Assembly: GCA_035942035.1 (NCBI GenBank)
Contig: DASZDK010000023.1
Coordinates: forward strand, 743-64,742
Reading direction: 5' to 3'
From: Acidimicrobiales bacterium
GTDB taxonomy: Bacteria > Actinomycetota > Acidimicrobiia > Acidimicrobiales > CADCSY01
Length of the DNA stretch: 64,000 bases
Position 1 is the first letter of the stretch. Each line of letters opens with the position of its first letter. Shown here in pieces: positions 43,381-52,028 of this stretch. Under the pieces are notes generated by a model, which was not told where the DNA came from, did no database searches, and saw only the letters and a list, made by a program, of their open reading frames with translations. The position numbers were made by a program, and so were the translations under genes.

Positions 43381-45831
43381 TTATCGTCGGCTCGCTCGGC
43401 GCGCTTCGCGCGGACCGCCACGGCTTCGCTCGGAACCCTCCTCCGCCCGGCGCTGGCTGACGACAGCGCTCACGCACTGGCCCTGGTTCCTGTACCCCAG
43501 GTCCCGCCACCCTCCGTTCTTGCACTGCTCCTTGGAGCTGGGGACCTTCTCATCAGGCAGGGAATTCTGCTGTGTCCCGAAGAAGTAGTACAGGACTCCC
43601 TGGTCCCGGTTCTCGCCCACGTCCATGTTGGGCGCCCCGGCGACATAGTCGAGCTTCTTGTCGCCGTCGAGGTCACCGGGTGCGATCACGCTCCGACCGA
43701 GGTTGGGCCCGATGTTGCCTGAACCTGGGTCACCCGTCCCCGTCTGGACTTCCGAAGCGGGAAGCTCGAGGGCCGCCAGCAGCGACCCGTCCCGACCGTC
43801 GAAGATGTACGAGCCGCCGCTCTGGTTCGTCGTCGCGCCGGCGCCGTGGTGGGGCGAGGAGCCGATGTAGAGGTCGGGAACACCGTCGCCGTTGTAATCG
43901 GTCCTGGCCAGGGAGTAGCCGAACTGGCCACCCAACTCAGGGGTGGGGTCGTTCAAGGCGTACAGGACCGCGCCCGTCTTCCCATCGAAGACCCACGACC
44001 TGCCTTGCGCCGGGTTGGACCCGACCGTGTGGAGGAACCCGTTGCCGTAGACCTCGGCAAAGCCGTCACCGTTCACGTCCCCGGGGGCGAGCGGCTCGAC
44101 GATCTGCAGACCGAAACCGGCGGTCGGCTGCACCTCTGGGCTGTCGATGCGACGCAGGAGGCTCCCGTCCTTCCCGCTGTAGAGGTACATGCGCCCCTGT
44201 GCGGTCGGGTTCTGCCAGGACCCCGTCGGCCGCCAACCTTGCGGGTCGATGGGGTCGTAACCCCACGCCGACACCAGTTGGTCGGGGACGCCGTCGCCGT
44301 TGACGTCGCCCGGTCCCTGGGCGACGATGCCCAACTGGCCGCAGTCCTTCTGACAGGTGCCGTCCTCGCCCACGTACCGGTCCTCGGCGGGGGTGTTGAG
44401 GGTCCGCAGCAGCGCACCGGTGCGCCCGTCGAAGATGAAGGCTTGCCCCTCGTCTCGGCGACACCCGGGCGCCGGCGAGGCGGCGTCGGCGCAGGCCCTC
44501 GGGCTGTCGTTGGCCTCAGCACCGACGAGGACCTCGGAGATGCCGTCACCGTTGACGTCACCCGCCGTGCCGACCCACCCGAAGTGGGCCGGGTTGGCCG
44601 CCGTGCCCTGCGGCTCGGGGTTGTCCAGCGTGTACAGCAGGCGCCCGGTGGCGCCGCTGAACACCCATGCCCGGCCCTGGTTCTCGTTGCAGCCGTTCGG
44701 CTCTGGTGTCCCGCACGGTGCCCCCGAACCCGTGTACACGTCATGGCGTACCGAGCCGGCTCCGAGGTCGTCGACCCCGTCACCGTTCACGTCACCGAGG
44801 TTGGTGACCGACCATCCGAAACCCGCCCACAGCGGTCGGGTGGGCGGCTCGTGCTGCGGCTCCGGAGAGTCGATCGAGTACAGGACCTGGCGTGTGCGGC
44901 CACTGATGGCGTAGACGCGCCCGGCGTTCTCGGCTCCCGGAAGGTTGTGCCGGTAGACGCCGACCCACAGGTCGTTCACCCCGTCGCCGTCGAGATCACC
45001 GGCAGTGGCCAGGCGGTCACCGAAGCGCCCCAGCGCCTGCGGGTCGGGTGACTCGTGCCGTACCACCCGGAACGGACTCGGCAGCTCGGGAGGGGGCGCG
45101 GTTGTCGTGGTGGTGGTGGGCGCCGTGGTGGTGCTGGTGGCGGGCGCCGTGGTGGTGGTCGTCTCCTCGGCGTTCGTCGAGATGTCCAGTGACCACCCGC
45201 TCAGCACGCTGCAGTTGCTGGGACCTCTGTAGTCGTCCACCACGTAGAGGCTCCACGTCCCGTTGGGGTTGGTGCCGTCGAAGACCGACAGCGCCGTGGC
45301 CTCGGAGGGGGCGGGGGCCGGGGCGGGGAAGGTGTCGACTGGGACCTGCTCGGCCGGGTCGCTGTTGTCGTTGGTCGGCCGGTAGGTGCCGCTCGACAAC
45401 TGCGTGTTGACAGGCAGCGGACCCACCGCCTGGTCGTCCAGGGTCAGTTCGATGTTCGAGAACTGGCGGGCGGTGATGGTGCCCTCGTCGTTGGCCCCGC
45501 CGACGTCCGAGAGGACGACGATGTTGGCGCCGGTCGGCCCTACCAGGAGCATGTCGATGTCCTCGGGGTAGCGGAAGTCCAACCCCGCGCCCGGCGAGCA
45601 GTCGAAACCGTCCAGGGTCAGGTTGACGTCGGTGATGGCACCGACCAGCCCGGAGACCGCGACGTTCGAAGGGTACGGAGCAGCGGGCCACGGAGGGTCT
45701 TGGACGGCAATGGGGATGGTGATGGGTTCGGCGTTGGCGAACCGGATCTGCCCCTCAGCCGGCAGGAGCAGCAGTTGGGAGGTCACCGCGACCAAAACCA
45801 GAGCCACCACCAACCTCGCGCGCGTTTTCAA
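43381..45831 (-). CDS. Secreted protein: proprotein-convertase P-domain-like module + Thr/Pro linker + 7 FG-GAP (integrin-alpha-type) repeats + Cys-pair tail
   Basis: Signal peptide MKTRARLVVALVLVAVTS…. P-domain-like region (…ITDVNLTLDG…DIDMLLVGPTGANIVVLS…NPNGTWSLYVVDD…GWSLDIS). Seven D-x-N/D-G-D-G-x-x-D calcium-loop motifs. C-terminal CKNGGWRDLGYRNQGQCVS. Confidence 0.85.
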   Translation of the reverse strand: MKTRARLVVALVLVAVTSQLLLLPAEGQIRFANAEPITIPIAVQDPPWPAAPYPSNVAVSGLVGAITDVNLTLDGFDCSPGAGLDFRYPEDIDMLLVGPTGANIVVLSDVGGANDEGTITARQFSNIELTLDDQAVGPLPVNTQLSSGTYRPTNDNSDPAEQVPVDTFPAPAPAPSEATALSVFDGTNPNGTWSLYVVDDYRGPSNCSVLSGWSLDISTNAEETTTTTAPATSTTTAPTTTTTTAPPPELPSPFRVVRHESPDPQALGRFGDRLATAGDLDGDGVNDLWVGVYRHNLPGAENAGRVYAISGRTRQVLYSIDSPEPQHEPPTRPLWAGFGWSVTNLGDVNGDGVDDLGAGSVRHDVYTGSGAPCGTPEPNGCNENQGRAWVFSGATGRLLYTLDNPEPQGTAANPAHFGWVGTAGDVNGDGISEVLVGAEANDSPRACADAASPAPGCRRDEGQAFIFDGRTGALLRTLNTPAEDRYVGEDGTCQKDCGQLGIVAQGPGDVNGDGVPDQLVSAWGYDPIDPQGWRPTGSWQNPTAQGRMYLYSGKDGSLLRRIDSPEVQPTAGFGLQIVEPLAPGDVNGDGFAEVYGNGFLHTVGSNPAQGRSWVFDGKTGAVLYALNDPTPELGGQFGYSLARTDYNGDGVPDLYIGSSPHHGAGATTNQSGGSYIFDGRDGSLLAALELPASEVQTGTGDPGSGNIGPNLGRSVIAPGDLDGDKKLDYVAGAPNMDVGENRDQGVLYYFFGTQQNSLPDEKVPSSKEQCKNGGWRDLGYRNQGQCVSAVVSQRRAEEGSERSRGGPREARRASRR
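45118..45165. repeat. Imperfect 2 x 24 bp tandem repeat inside the Thr-rich linker coding region
   Basis: GGGCGCCGTGGTGGTGCTGGTGGC / GGGCGCCGTGGTGGTGGTCGTCTC on the plus strand, encoding the TTTAP-type linker. Confidence 0.6.
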
Positions 45832-46170
45832 GTGTTCCGCCCTTCTTGTTCAGGTTCCGTTTCGGGCGATCAGGGCCCGGATGGGCTTCCACCCTCGCAA
45901 CCACTCTGAGAGTGGTCCATGGGCCGAACACCACCACGTCTCTTCGGAGAACATCGGCGTTAGGTTGCTGCCGCATGTACGGACGGCGGCGAAGGTATAG
46001 CACGGCCGCACCCACTTGTCATCGGCGCCGAAAATCTCCCGCGGGAAGGCACACGGGCGTGTGGTCGGCTGGCGCAGTCCGCCCGCTGGCGACCGAGCGA
46101 TCGCGGTGATCCCATCACCGTGCGTGAGCTGTGGGGATTCCGGGAGGACCCCAACGGGAAAGACACTTCC

Positions 46171-46320
46171 ATGGGCCTTCTCGAGATCATCCTCGTGGTG
46201 CTGCTCGTCGTCGTGCTGATCGGCGCCTTCTCCGGGTACGGAGGCGGCGCCTACCGCACGCCGGGTATCGGCCTCGGCGCCATCCTGCTGATCATCCTGC
46301 TCATCGTGTTGCTCACCTGA
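46171..46320 (+). CDS. Small two-TM membrane protein (DUF3309-like)
   Basis: MGLLEIILVVLLVVVLIGAFSGYGGGAYRTPGIGLGAILLIILLIVLLT: two hydrophobic helices around a Gly-rich loop. Start chosen at the internal Met. Confidence 0.5.
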   Translation: MGLLEIILVVLLVVVLIGAFSGYGGGAYRTPGIGLGAILLIILLIVLLT

Positions 46321-46361
46321 CCAGCACCACCGAGCGCTGGTCGAGGTTGCCGAGAGCCGCC

Positions 46362-47915
46362 TCAGCGCGACAGGCGCCGGCGGCGGACGTGCGCGTGGTA
46401 CCGCAGTGAGTCGACCGGCGCCACGAACATGAGCAGGAGGGTGAACAGCTCCAGGCGCCCGAGGAGCATGTAGAAGACCAGCACGCCGCGCGAGGCGCGG
46501 TCCAGGTTGAGGTACGTGGTGGTGGGCCCGACGTCACCGAGCCCCGGGCCGTAGGCCCCGATGGCCGAGGTGATGGCGCTGGCCCCCGTCACGAGGTCGG
46601 CGCCGAGCCCCGCGAGCACCACGGTGCCGACCACGGCCAGCACCACGTAGAGCACGGAGAAGCCGACGATGCGGCTCACGATGGGGTCGGCAACCACCTG
46701 GCCGCTCAGCTTCACCGGCAACACGGCACTCGGGTGCAGCAGGTGGCGCATCTCCCGCCGGGCATGAGCGACCATGACCTGGACGCGGAACAGCTTCATG
46801 GCGCCCGAGGTCGACCCGGCCATGCCTCCGCTGACCATCAAGCCGAGCAGGACCAGCTGTCCGGCGGCCGGCCACAGAGCGAAGTCCACGGTGGCGTAGC
46901 CAGTGGTCGACATGGTCGCCACCACGGTGAAGGCGGCACCGCGCAGGGCGCTGACCACGCCGAGGCCGGTGGTCTCGTCGAGCGTGAGGACCACCGTGAC
47001 GAAGGCGGTGGCGGCCACGATGACCGTCACGAACGTCCGCAGCTCGGACGACTGCGCCAGCGCTCGCGGGCCCACTCCCCGCAGCACCTGCCACCACAGG
47101 GCGAAGCTGACGGCGCCGGCGAACATCGACACGATGAGCACGCCCTCGACCACGACCGAGTCGAAGGCGGCGATCGAGGCGTCGTAGTTCGAGAAGCCCC
47201 CGGTGGAGACCGTGGTCATGGCGTGGGCCACGGCGTCGTAGGGAGAGAGCCCGCTGAGGAGCAGGGCCACCACGATGAGCACGGTGAGCCCCAGGTAGAC
47301 CAGCCAGAGCCGGCGGGCAGTGTCGCGTACCCGAGGCGCCAGGCGGTCCGAGGTCGGGCCCGGGCTCTCGGCCCGCAACAGCTCGAAACCGCCCACGCCG
47401 AGCAGGGGCAGCACCGCCACCGCCAAGACGATCACGCCCATGCCGCCGTACCACTGCGTGGCCTGGCGCCACAGCAGCAGGCCGGCGCCGTTGCCCTCGA
47501 TGGGAGTGAGCACCGTGGCGCCGGTCCCGGTGAAACCCGACACCGACTCGAACAGCGCGTCATCGAATGCGGGCAGCATGCCGGACCACCAGAACGGCAG
47601 AGCCCCGACGGCCGAGATGGCGATCCAGGTCCAGCCGACGGCGGCGAAGGCGGAGGCCGCCGACACCCGGTCCGGGGAGCGAGTCCCCTTCCACAGCCCC
47701 ACGCCGACCACGGCGCTCACCAGCGCCGGCACGGCCAGGGCCACCACGGCGTCGTCGTCGGTGACCAGCTCGACCGCGGCGCACACCGCCAGACCCACCG
47801 CCGTGAACACGAGGGCGAAGCCCACCACGTTGGCCACAGCACTCACGGGGCGGCGGTCACCGAGCTCGAACGTCTGAGCCGCCGACGCCCGGTGCCGGGC
47901 CACCACCGTGCTCAT
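46362..47915 (-). CDS. trkH: TrkH/KtrB family potassium uptake membrane subunit (copy 2)
   Basis: 517 aa carved from the 996 aa ORF. …FESVSGFTGTGATV…, …MTTVSTGGFS…, …TMSTTGYAT…, …SAIGAYGPGLG… are the four pore-loop-like motifs. The ATG overlaps the upstream trkH stop (ATGA). Confidence 0.85.
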   Translation of the reverse strand: MSTVVARHRASAAQTFELGDRRPVSAVANVVGFALVFTAVGLAVCAAVELVTDDDAVVALAVPALVSAVVGVGLWKGTRSPDRVSAASAFAAVGWTWIAISAVGALPFWWSGMLPAFDDALFESVSGFTGTGATVLTPIEGNGAGLLLWRQATQWYGGMGVIVLAVAVLPLLGVGGFELLRAESPGPTSDRLAPRVRDTARRLWLVYLGLTVLIVVALLLSGLSPYDAVAHAMTTVSTGGFSNYDASIAAFDSVVVEGVLIVSMFAGAVSFALWWQVLRGVGPRALAQSSELRTFVTVIVAATAFVTVVLTLDETTGLGVVSALRGAAFTVVATMSTTGYATVDFALWPAAGQLVLLGLMVSGGMAGSTSGAMKLFRVQVMVAHARREMRHLLHPSAVLPVKLSGQVVADPIVSRIVGFSVLYVVLAVVGTVVLAGLGADLVTGASAITSAIGAYGPGLGDVGPTTTYLNLDRASRGVLVFYMLLGRLELFTLLLMFVAPVDSLRYHAHVRRRRLSR

Positions 47916-49462
47916 CGCCGACGCACCCGGGCCCGCCTCGACTCCCGTCCCGCCCCGGTGATGATGGTCGCCGCCCCCACCACCAAGGGTGAGATCTCGA
48001 GCCGTCCGGCCACGGTCAGGGCGGCGAACACGAGCAGCGCCGCACTGGGGAGCGAGCCGGCACGGGGCACCTCGCCGGTGCCGGGAGCGAGGTCGCCCAG
48101 GCCCGGGCCGAAGGTGGCCAGGGCGCTCACCGCGCCGCTCATGGCTCCGGGAAGGTCGACGCCGGCCACGGCCAGGGCCACCGCACCTGCGCCGGCGAGA
48201 ACCAGCCATGCCACCTGGTAGCCGACCATCTGCCCCAGCAGCGTCTCCTCCACGGTGGTCCGACCGACCTTCACCGCCACCACCGAACGGGGTCGCAGCT
48301 GCCGAACCACCTCCCGGCGTACGAACCCCATCAGCACCATGGCACGCACCACCCGGAAGCCCCCGCCGGCGGCACCGGACATGGCGCCCATCCCGGCCAG
48401 CAGCACCAGGAGCACCTGGGACCCCGACGACCAGCCGGCCCAGCCACCGACCGTGTGGCCCGTGGTAGAGAGGGCTGAGGTAGCGGCGAACACCGCATGA
48501 CGGACGCTCTCGTGGGTCAGTCCGCCGGCGGGCGCCGTCCACCACACCAAGAGCGCTGAGGCCGCCACGATGACGACGCCGTAGGTGCGCAGCTCGAACG
48601 ATCGGCGGAGAGGTTCCATCCGGCCCCGCACGGCCGCCAGCACCAGCACCAGGTTCGTGCCGCCGAGCACCATGCCCCCGGCCGTCACCCACTCGACCCG
48701 GGCGGATGCGAAGAAGTTGATGGAACCGTCGTGGTTGCCGAAGCCACCCGTCGAGATGGTCGTCATGGCGTAGGTGACGGCGTCGAAGGGGCCCATGCCG
48801 GCCAGGAGGAACAGTGCGATGCCGGCGGCGGAGAGCACCAGATAGCCGGAGGCCAGCCGGCGGGCCGCCGCCGCGATCCGTGGCGACCGCAGCGCCAGCC
48901 GGCGCCGGTCGGCGCCGACGCTCGACTCCTCGAGTCCGCCCACACCGAGCGACGGGAGCACGGCCACGACCACCAGCACGGCGGCCAGACCTCCGAGCCA
49001 CTGCGTGTAGGCCCGCCACAGCAGCACGCCGCGCGGCTGGTCCTCGATGTCGCCGAGCACCGACAGGGCGGTGGTGGTGAAGCCGGTGGTGGACTCGACC
49101 AGTGCGAGCTCGACGCTGTCGAAGGTTCCGCACGCCAGGTAGGTGGCGGCACCGACGCCGATCAGCAGCATCCAGCCGGTGAGCACGGCGGTGTGCACCG
49201 ACGCCGTCCGCAGGCTGGCCGGCACCCCGCAGCGCCGCCACAGCAGCCCGCCGGCGGCCAGGCACAGCAGCGCCGCCGCTACCAAGGGAAGCAGCGCCCG
49301 CCCGTTGTCGAGCACGGCCAGCACCGACGCCACCGCCAGCCCGGCCCCGCACGCCACCAGCGTCCGGGCGGCGACGTAGCCGGCGGTGGACGCCACGCGA
49401 GGCCCCGTGGGCTGCAGCGCCCCCGAGCCGTCCGTGGCGGTGGACGCAGTGACCCGGCGCAC
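47912..49462 (-). CDS. trkH: TrkH/KtrB family potassium uptake membrane subunit (copy 1)
   Basis: 516 aa from GTG 49462, 10 nt after the trkA stop. …ESTTGFTTTALSV…, …MTTISTGGFG…, …SALSTTGHT…, …SALATFGPGLG…. Confidence 0.85.
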   Translation of the reverse strand: MRRVTASTATDGSGALQPTGPRVASTAGYVAARTLVACGAGLAVASVLAVLDNGRALLPLVAAALLCLAAGGLLWRRCGVPASLRTASVHTAVLTGWMLLIGVGAATYLACGTFDSVELALVESTTGFTTTALSVLGDIEDQPRGVLLWRAYTQWLGGLAAVLVVVAVLPSLGVGGLEESSVGADRRRLALRSPRIAAAARRLASGYLVLSAAGIALFLLAGMGPFDAVTYAMTTISTGGFGNHDGSINFFASARVEWVTAGGMVLGGTNLVLVLAAVRGRMEPLRRSFELRTYGVVIVAASALLVWWTAPAGGLTHESVRHAVFAATSALSTTGHTVGGWAGWSSGSQVLLVLLAGMGAMSGAAGGGFRVVRAMVLMGFVRREVVRQLRPRSVVAVKVGRTTVEETLLGQMVGYQVAWLVLAGAGAVALAVAGVDLPGAMSGAVSALATFGPGLGDLAPGTGEVPRAGSLPSAALLVFAALTVAGRLEISPLVVGAATIITGAGRESRRARVRRR

Positions 49463-49472
49463 CCGGCCGGGC

Positions 49473-50816
49473 CTACCCGAACACCCGGCGGACCTCGTCG
49501 ACCGCGTGGGGCATGGCGAACACCACCACGTCGTCGTGGCTTCGCAGATGGCTGTGCCCTCGAGCGATCGACACCTTGCCGTCGCGCACGATGGCGCCCA
49601 GCAGCACGTCCTTGGGGAGCCGGAGCTCGGAGACCAGGGAACCATCGGCCGGGCTGCCCTCGGCCACGCTGAGCTCGAGTACCTCGACATCTCCCTCGAG
49701 GAAGGTGGTCACCTGGATCACGCCACCGCGCACGAAGCGCAGCACGCCGTTGGCACTGGCGGTGCGGGGCGAGAGGGCCACGTCGATGCCCGCCTCGTCG
49801 AGGAGCCGCAGCAGCGAGAGCCGGTGCACCACGGCGATGGTCTCGCCGGCGCCCTCCAGCTTGGCGAACAGGCAGGCGAGGATGTTGGCGTCGTCCTCCC
49901 CGGTGAGGGCGGCCACCACGTCGGTCCGGCCCACGCCGACGTCGGCGAGCAGGTCGGCGTCGGTGATCTCGCCCTCGATCACCAGGGCCTTGCTGACCCG
50001 CTCGGCCAGCTGACGAGCCCGCTCCGGGTTGCGTTCGACGATCGTCACATCGGCGCCCGACTCCACCAACCGGGTGGCCACGAGCTCGGCGGTGCGGCCC
50101 CCGCCCAGCAGCATGACCCGCTTGAGCGACCGCCGCTCGATGCCCAGCACCTCGGTCAGCTGGCGCCCGGCCCGCTTCTTGGTGAGCACCCGCACCAGGT
50201 CGTTGACCTCGAGCCGGTGGTCTCCTCGGGGGATGATGGTCTGGCCCTGGCGGGTGATGATGCCGAACAAGAAGTCCCACTCTGGCTCATAGCGGCGGGC
50301 GATGTCCGACAGCGTCTGGCCCACCACCGGGCTGTCGGGGGTGAGGCGGGCGCCGATCACCACCACCTCGCCGCCACCCATCTCGGCAACGTCGATGGCA
50401 CCGGGGTACTCGAGCAGCTCGAAGATCTCCTGGGCGGTCTCCTCGTCCGGGTCGATGACGAGGTCGATGCCCATGGCGGCGTGAAGGCCGTCCGCCCCCC
50501 GTTCCCGCAGCTCCCGCTCCTCGAGGCGGGCGATGGTGCGGTGTGCTCCGGCCTGGTGGGCCAGGAAGCACGCCACCAGGTTGACCTCGTCGGTGCTGGT
50601 GACGGCCACGAAGACGTCACACCGGGCGATGCCCGCCTCCTTGAGCGTGCTCGGCTGGGTTCCGCTGCCCGCCAGGGTCAGCACGTCCAGCCGCTCCGCC
50701 ACGTCGGCCAACCGCCGCCCGTCGGGGTCGATCACCACCACGTTGTGACCCTCCCGGCTCAGCCGCTCGGCCAGGTACGAGCCGACCTCGCCGGCGCCCA
50801 CGACGATCACATGCAC
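49473..50816 (-). CDS. trkA: Trk system NAD-binding subunit TrkA (tandem RCK)
   Basis: VHVIVVGAGEVGSYLAERL and a second Rossmann motif VMLLGGGRTAELVATRL, each followed by a TrkC-type domain. Start is GTG 50816, or TTG 50834. Confidence 0.9.
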   Translation of the reverse strand: MHVIVVGAGEVGSYLAERLSREGHNVVVIDPDGRRLADVAERLDVLTLAGSGTQPSTLKEAGIARCDVFVAVTSTDEVNLVACFLAHQAGAHRTIARLEERELRERGADGLHAAMGIDLVIDPDEETAQEIFELLEYPGAIDVAEMGGGEVVVIGARLTPDSPVVGQTLSDIARRYEPEWDFLFGIITRQGQTIIPRGDHRLEVNDLVRVLTKKRAGRQLTEVLGIERRSLKRVMLLGGGRTAELVATRLVESGADVTIVERNPERARQLAERVSKALVIEGEITDADLLADVGVGRTDVVAALTGEDDANILACLFAKLEGAGETIAVVHRLSLLRLLDEAGIDVALSPRTASANGVLRFVRGGVIQVTTFLEGDVEVLELSVAEGSPADGSLVSELRLPKDVLLGAIVRDGKVSIARGHSHLRSHDDVVVFAMPHAVDEVRRVFG

Positions 50817-50949
50817 GGCACAAGCCTGGCCCAAGTGAAGCCCCCGGTGCGTGCCAGGCTCCGGTTGTGGCCACGAAGCGGGCCATGGCGGTCGCCGGTG
50901 ATCTGTACCGCTTCCGGGTCGGGCCTCCGCCCTCGTTTCGGCACACCCG

Positions 50950-51459
50950 TCAGCGGAGGTCGGCGTCGTAGACGTCGTCCGCCGGCAGGCTCAACAGTCG
51001 CTCCGCCATCTCCTCCTTGAGCTGCTGGGCGCGAGCGGCCTCGGCCGGCGTGGGGGCCTCCCTGCAGGCGAGCTGGACGAACCCTTCCGGGACGAGGCCG
51101 GCCCGCGCCACCAGGTCGACCACGGTTCCCCGGTAGCCGAGACGGAAGAAGAAGTGGCCTCCCGGAGCCTCGGGAGCCTCGACCCCGGCAGGCTCGGACG
51201 CCAGCCGGTACCGGTCGCCGGTGACCGCCCGGGTGACCATCTCGAACGCGTCGCGTGCGCCTCCGCCGGGGAACCCGCTCTCGACCGTGATGTCGTAGCG
51301 CTCCGGCGGCCCGCCACGGGACAGCAGTGGGAACGCACGCTCCATGGCCTTGAAGGCGTGGGCGACGCCGGCGATCGAGCTTCGGCCGTGGTACTTCAGA
51401 AGGTCGTCGAAGGAGATGGAGATCGACTCGCCCTGATCAAGGACCACGAGTGTCGTCAT
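50950..51459 (-). CDS. Hypothetical protein
   Basis: 169 aa from the internal Met MTTLVVLDQGES…. No family recognised. Downstream of the kinase-like gene on the same strand. Confidence 0.45.
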   Translation of the reverse strand: MTTLVVLDQGESISISFDDLLKYHGRSSIAGVAHAFKAMERAFPLLSRGGPPERYDITVESGFPGGGARDAFEMVTRAVTGDRYRLASEPAGVEAPEAPGGHFFFRLGYRGTVVDLVARAGLVPEGFVQLACREAPTPAEAARAQQLKEEMAERLLSLPADDVYDADLR

Positions 51460-51514
51460 GGGCGAATACTGCCCGAACGTCGCCGGCGAGGCGTCTTTTG
51501 CCCGTGCGGAGCGC

Positions 51515-51922
51515 TTAGCGGATGCGCGCTGACCCGTTGCTGCACGTAGAGCAGGCGACGGGGAGCTCGAACCACACGACTTTGCCCTCGTTGTCACGCT
51601 CGAGGCCCCAGTGGGAGGCGATGGCGTCGACCAGCTGCAGGCCTCGCCCGCTGGTGTCGTCCTCGGGACGGAGGCAGGCCTGGGGAAGCCGCGTGCTCCA
51701 GTCCTTGACCTCGGCCCAGAGCGACTCGCCTTCGAAGCGAACGGTCACCCGCACGTCGGTGCAGGCGTGAATCGTGACGTCGGTGGCCAGCTCACTGACC
51801 AGCACCACGGCGGAGTCGACCACGTCCTCCGGTGCGTCGGTCTCAGAAAGGGCGTCACGCACGAACAGCCGGGCCTCGCCCACGCTGCTGGCGTCACCGT
51901 AGAAGAGCCGCTTGACCTCCAT
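51515..51922 (-). CDS. Anti-sigma regulatory factor-like ATP-binding protein (HATPase_c, RsbW/SpoIIAB-like)
   Basis: 135 aa: …ARLFVRDAL…LVSELATDVTIHA…VKDWS…GRGLQLVDAIASHWG…. Confidence 0.7.
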   Translation of the reverse strand: MEVKRLFYGDASSVGEARLFVRDALSETDAPEDVVDSAVVLVSELATDVTIHACTDVRVTVRFEGESLWAEVKDWSTRLPQACLRPEDDTSGRGLQLVDAIASHWGLERDNEGKVVWFELPVACSTCSNGSARIR

Positions 51923-52028
51923 GGCCGCACTCCCCTCCCCCTAGGATCGCCCACGAACGGCTCCGGCAAGGTTACCTCGCCCGCCCCGCCGGACGTTGTG
52001 ACTCTTCTGACGCCGACGCGGAGCGACC

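Noticed and set aside
45832-46170. A lower-GC 340 nt region upstream of the FG-GAP gene, with small hairpins (for example GGTGATCCCATCACC), considered as a possible sRNA or riboswitch.
   Set aside because: I recognised no known RNA motif, and the hairpins are short. It is most simply the promoter/leader region for the divergent FG-GAP and small-membrane-protein genes.
46362-49352. A 996 aa ORF spanning both trkH genes.
   Set aside because: The upstream half is an alternative frame of trkH copy 1 with low-complexity Arg/Gly/Pro sequence. A clean TrkH protein starts at ATG 47915, overlapping the upstream stop.
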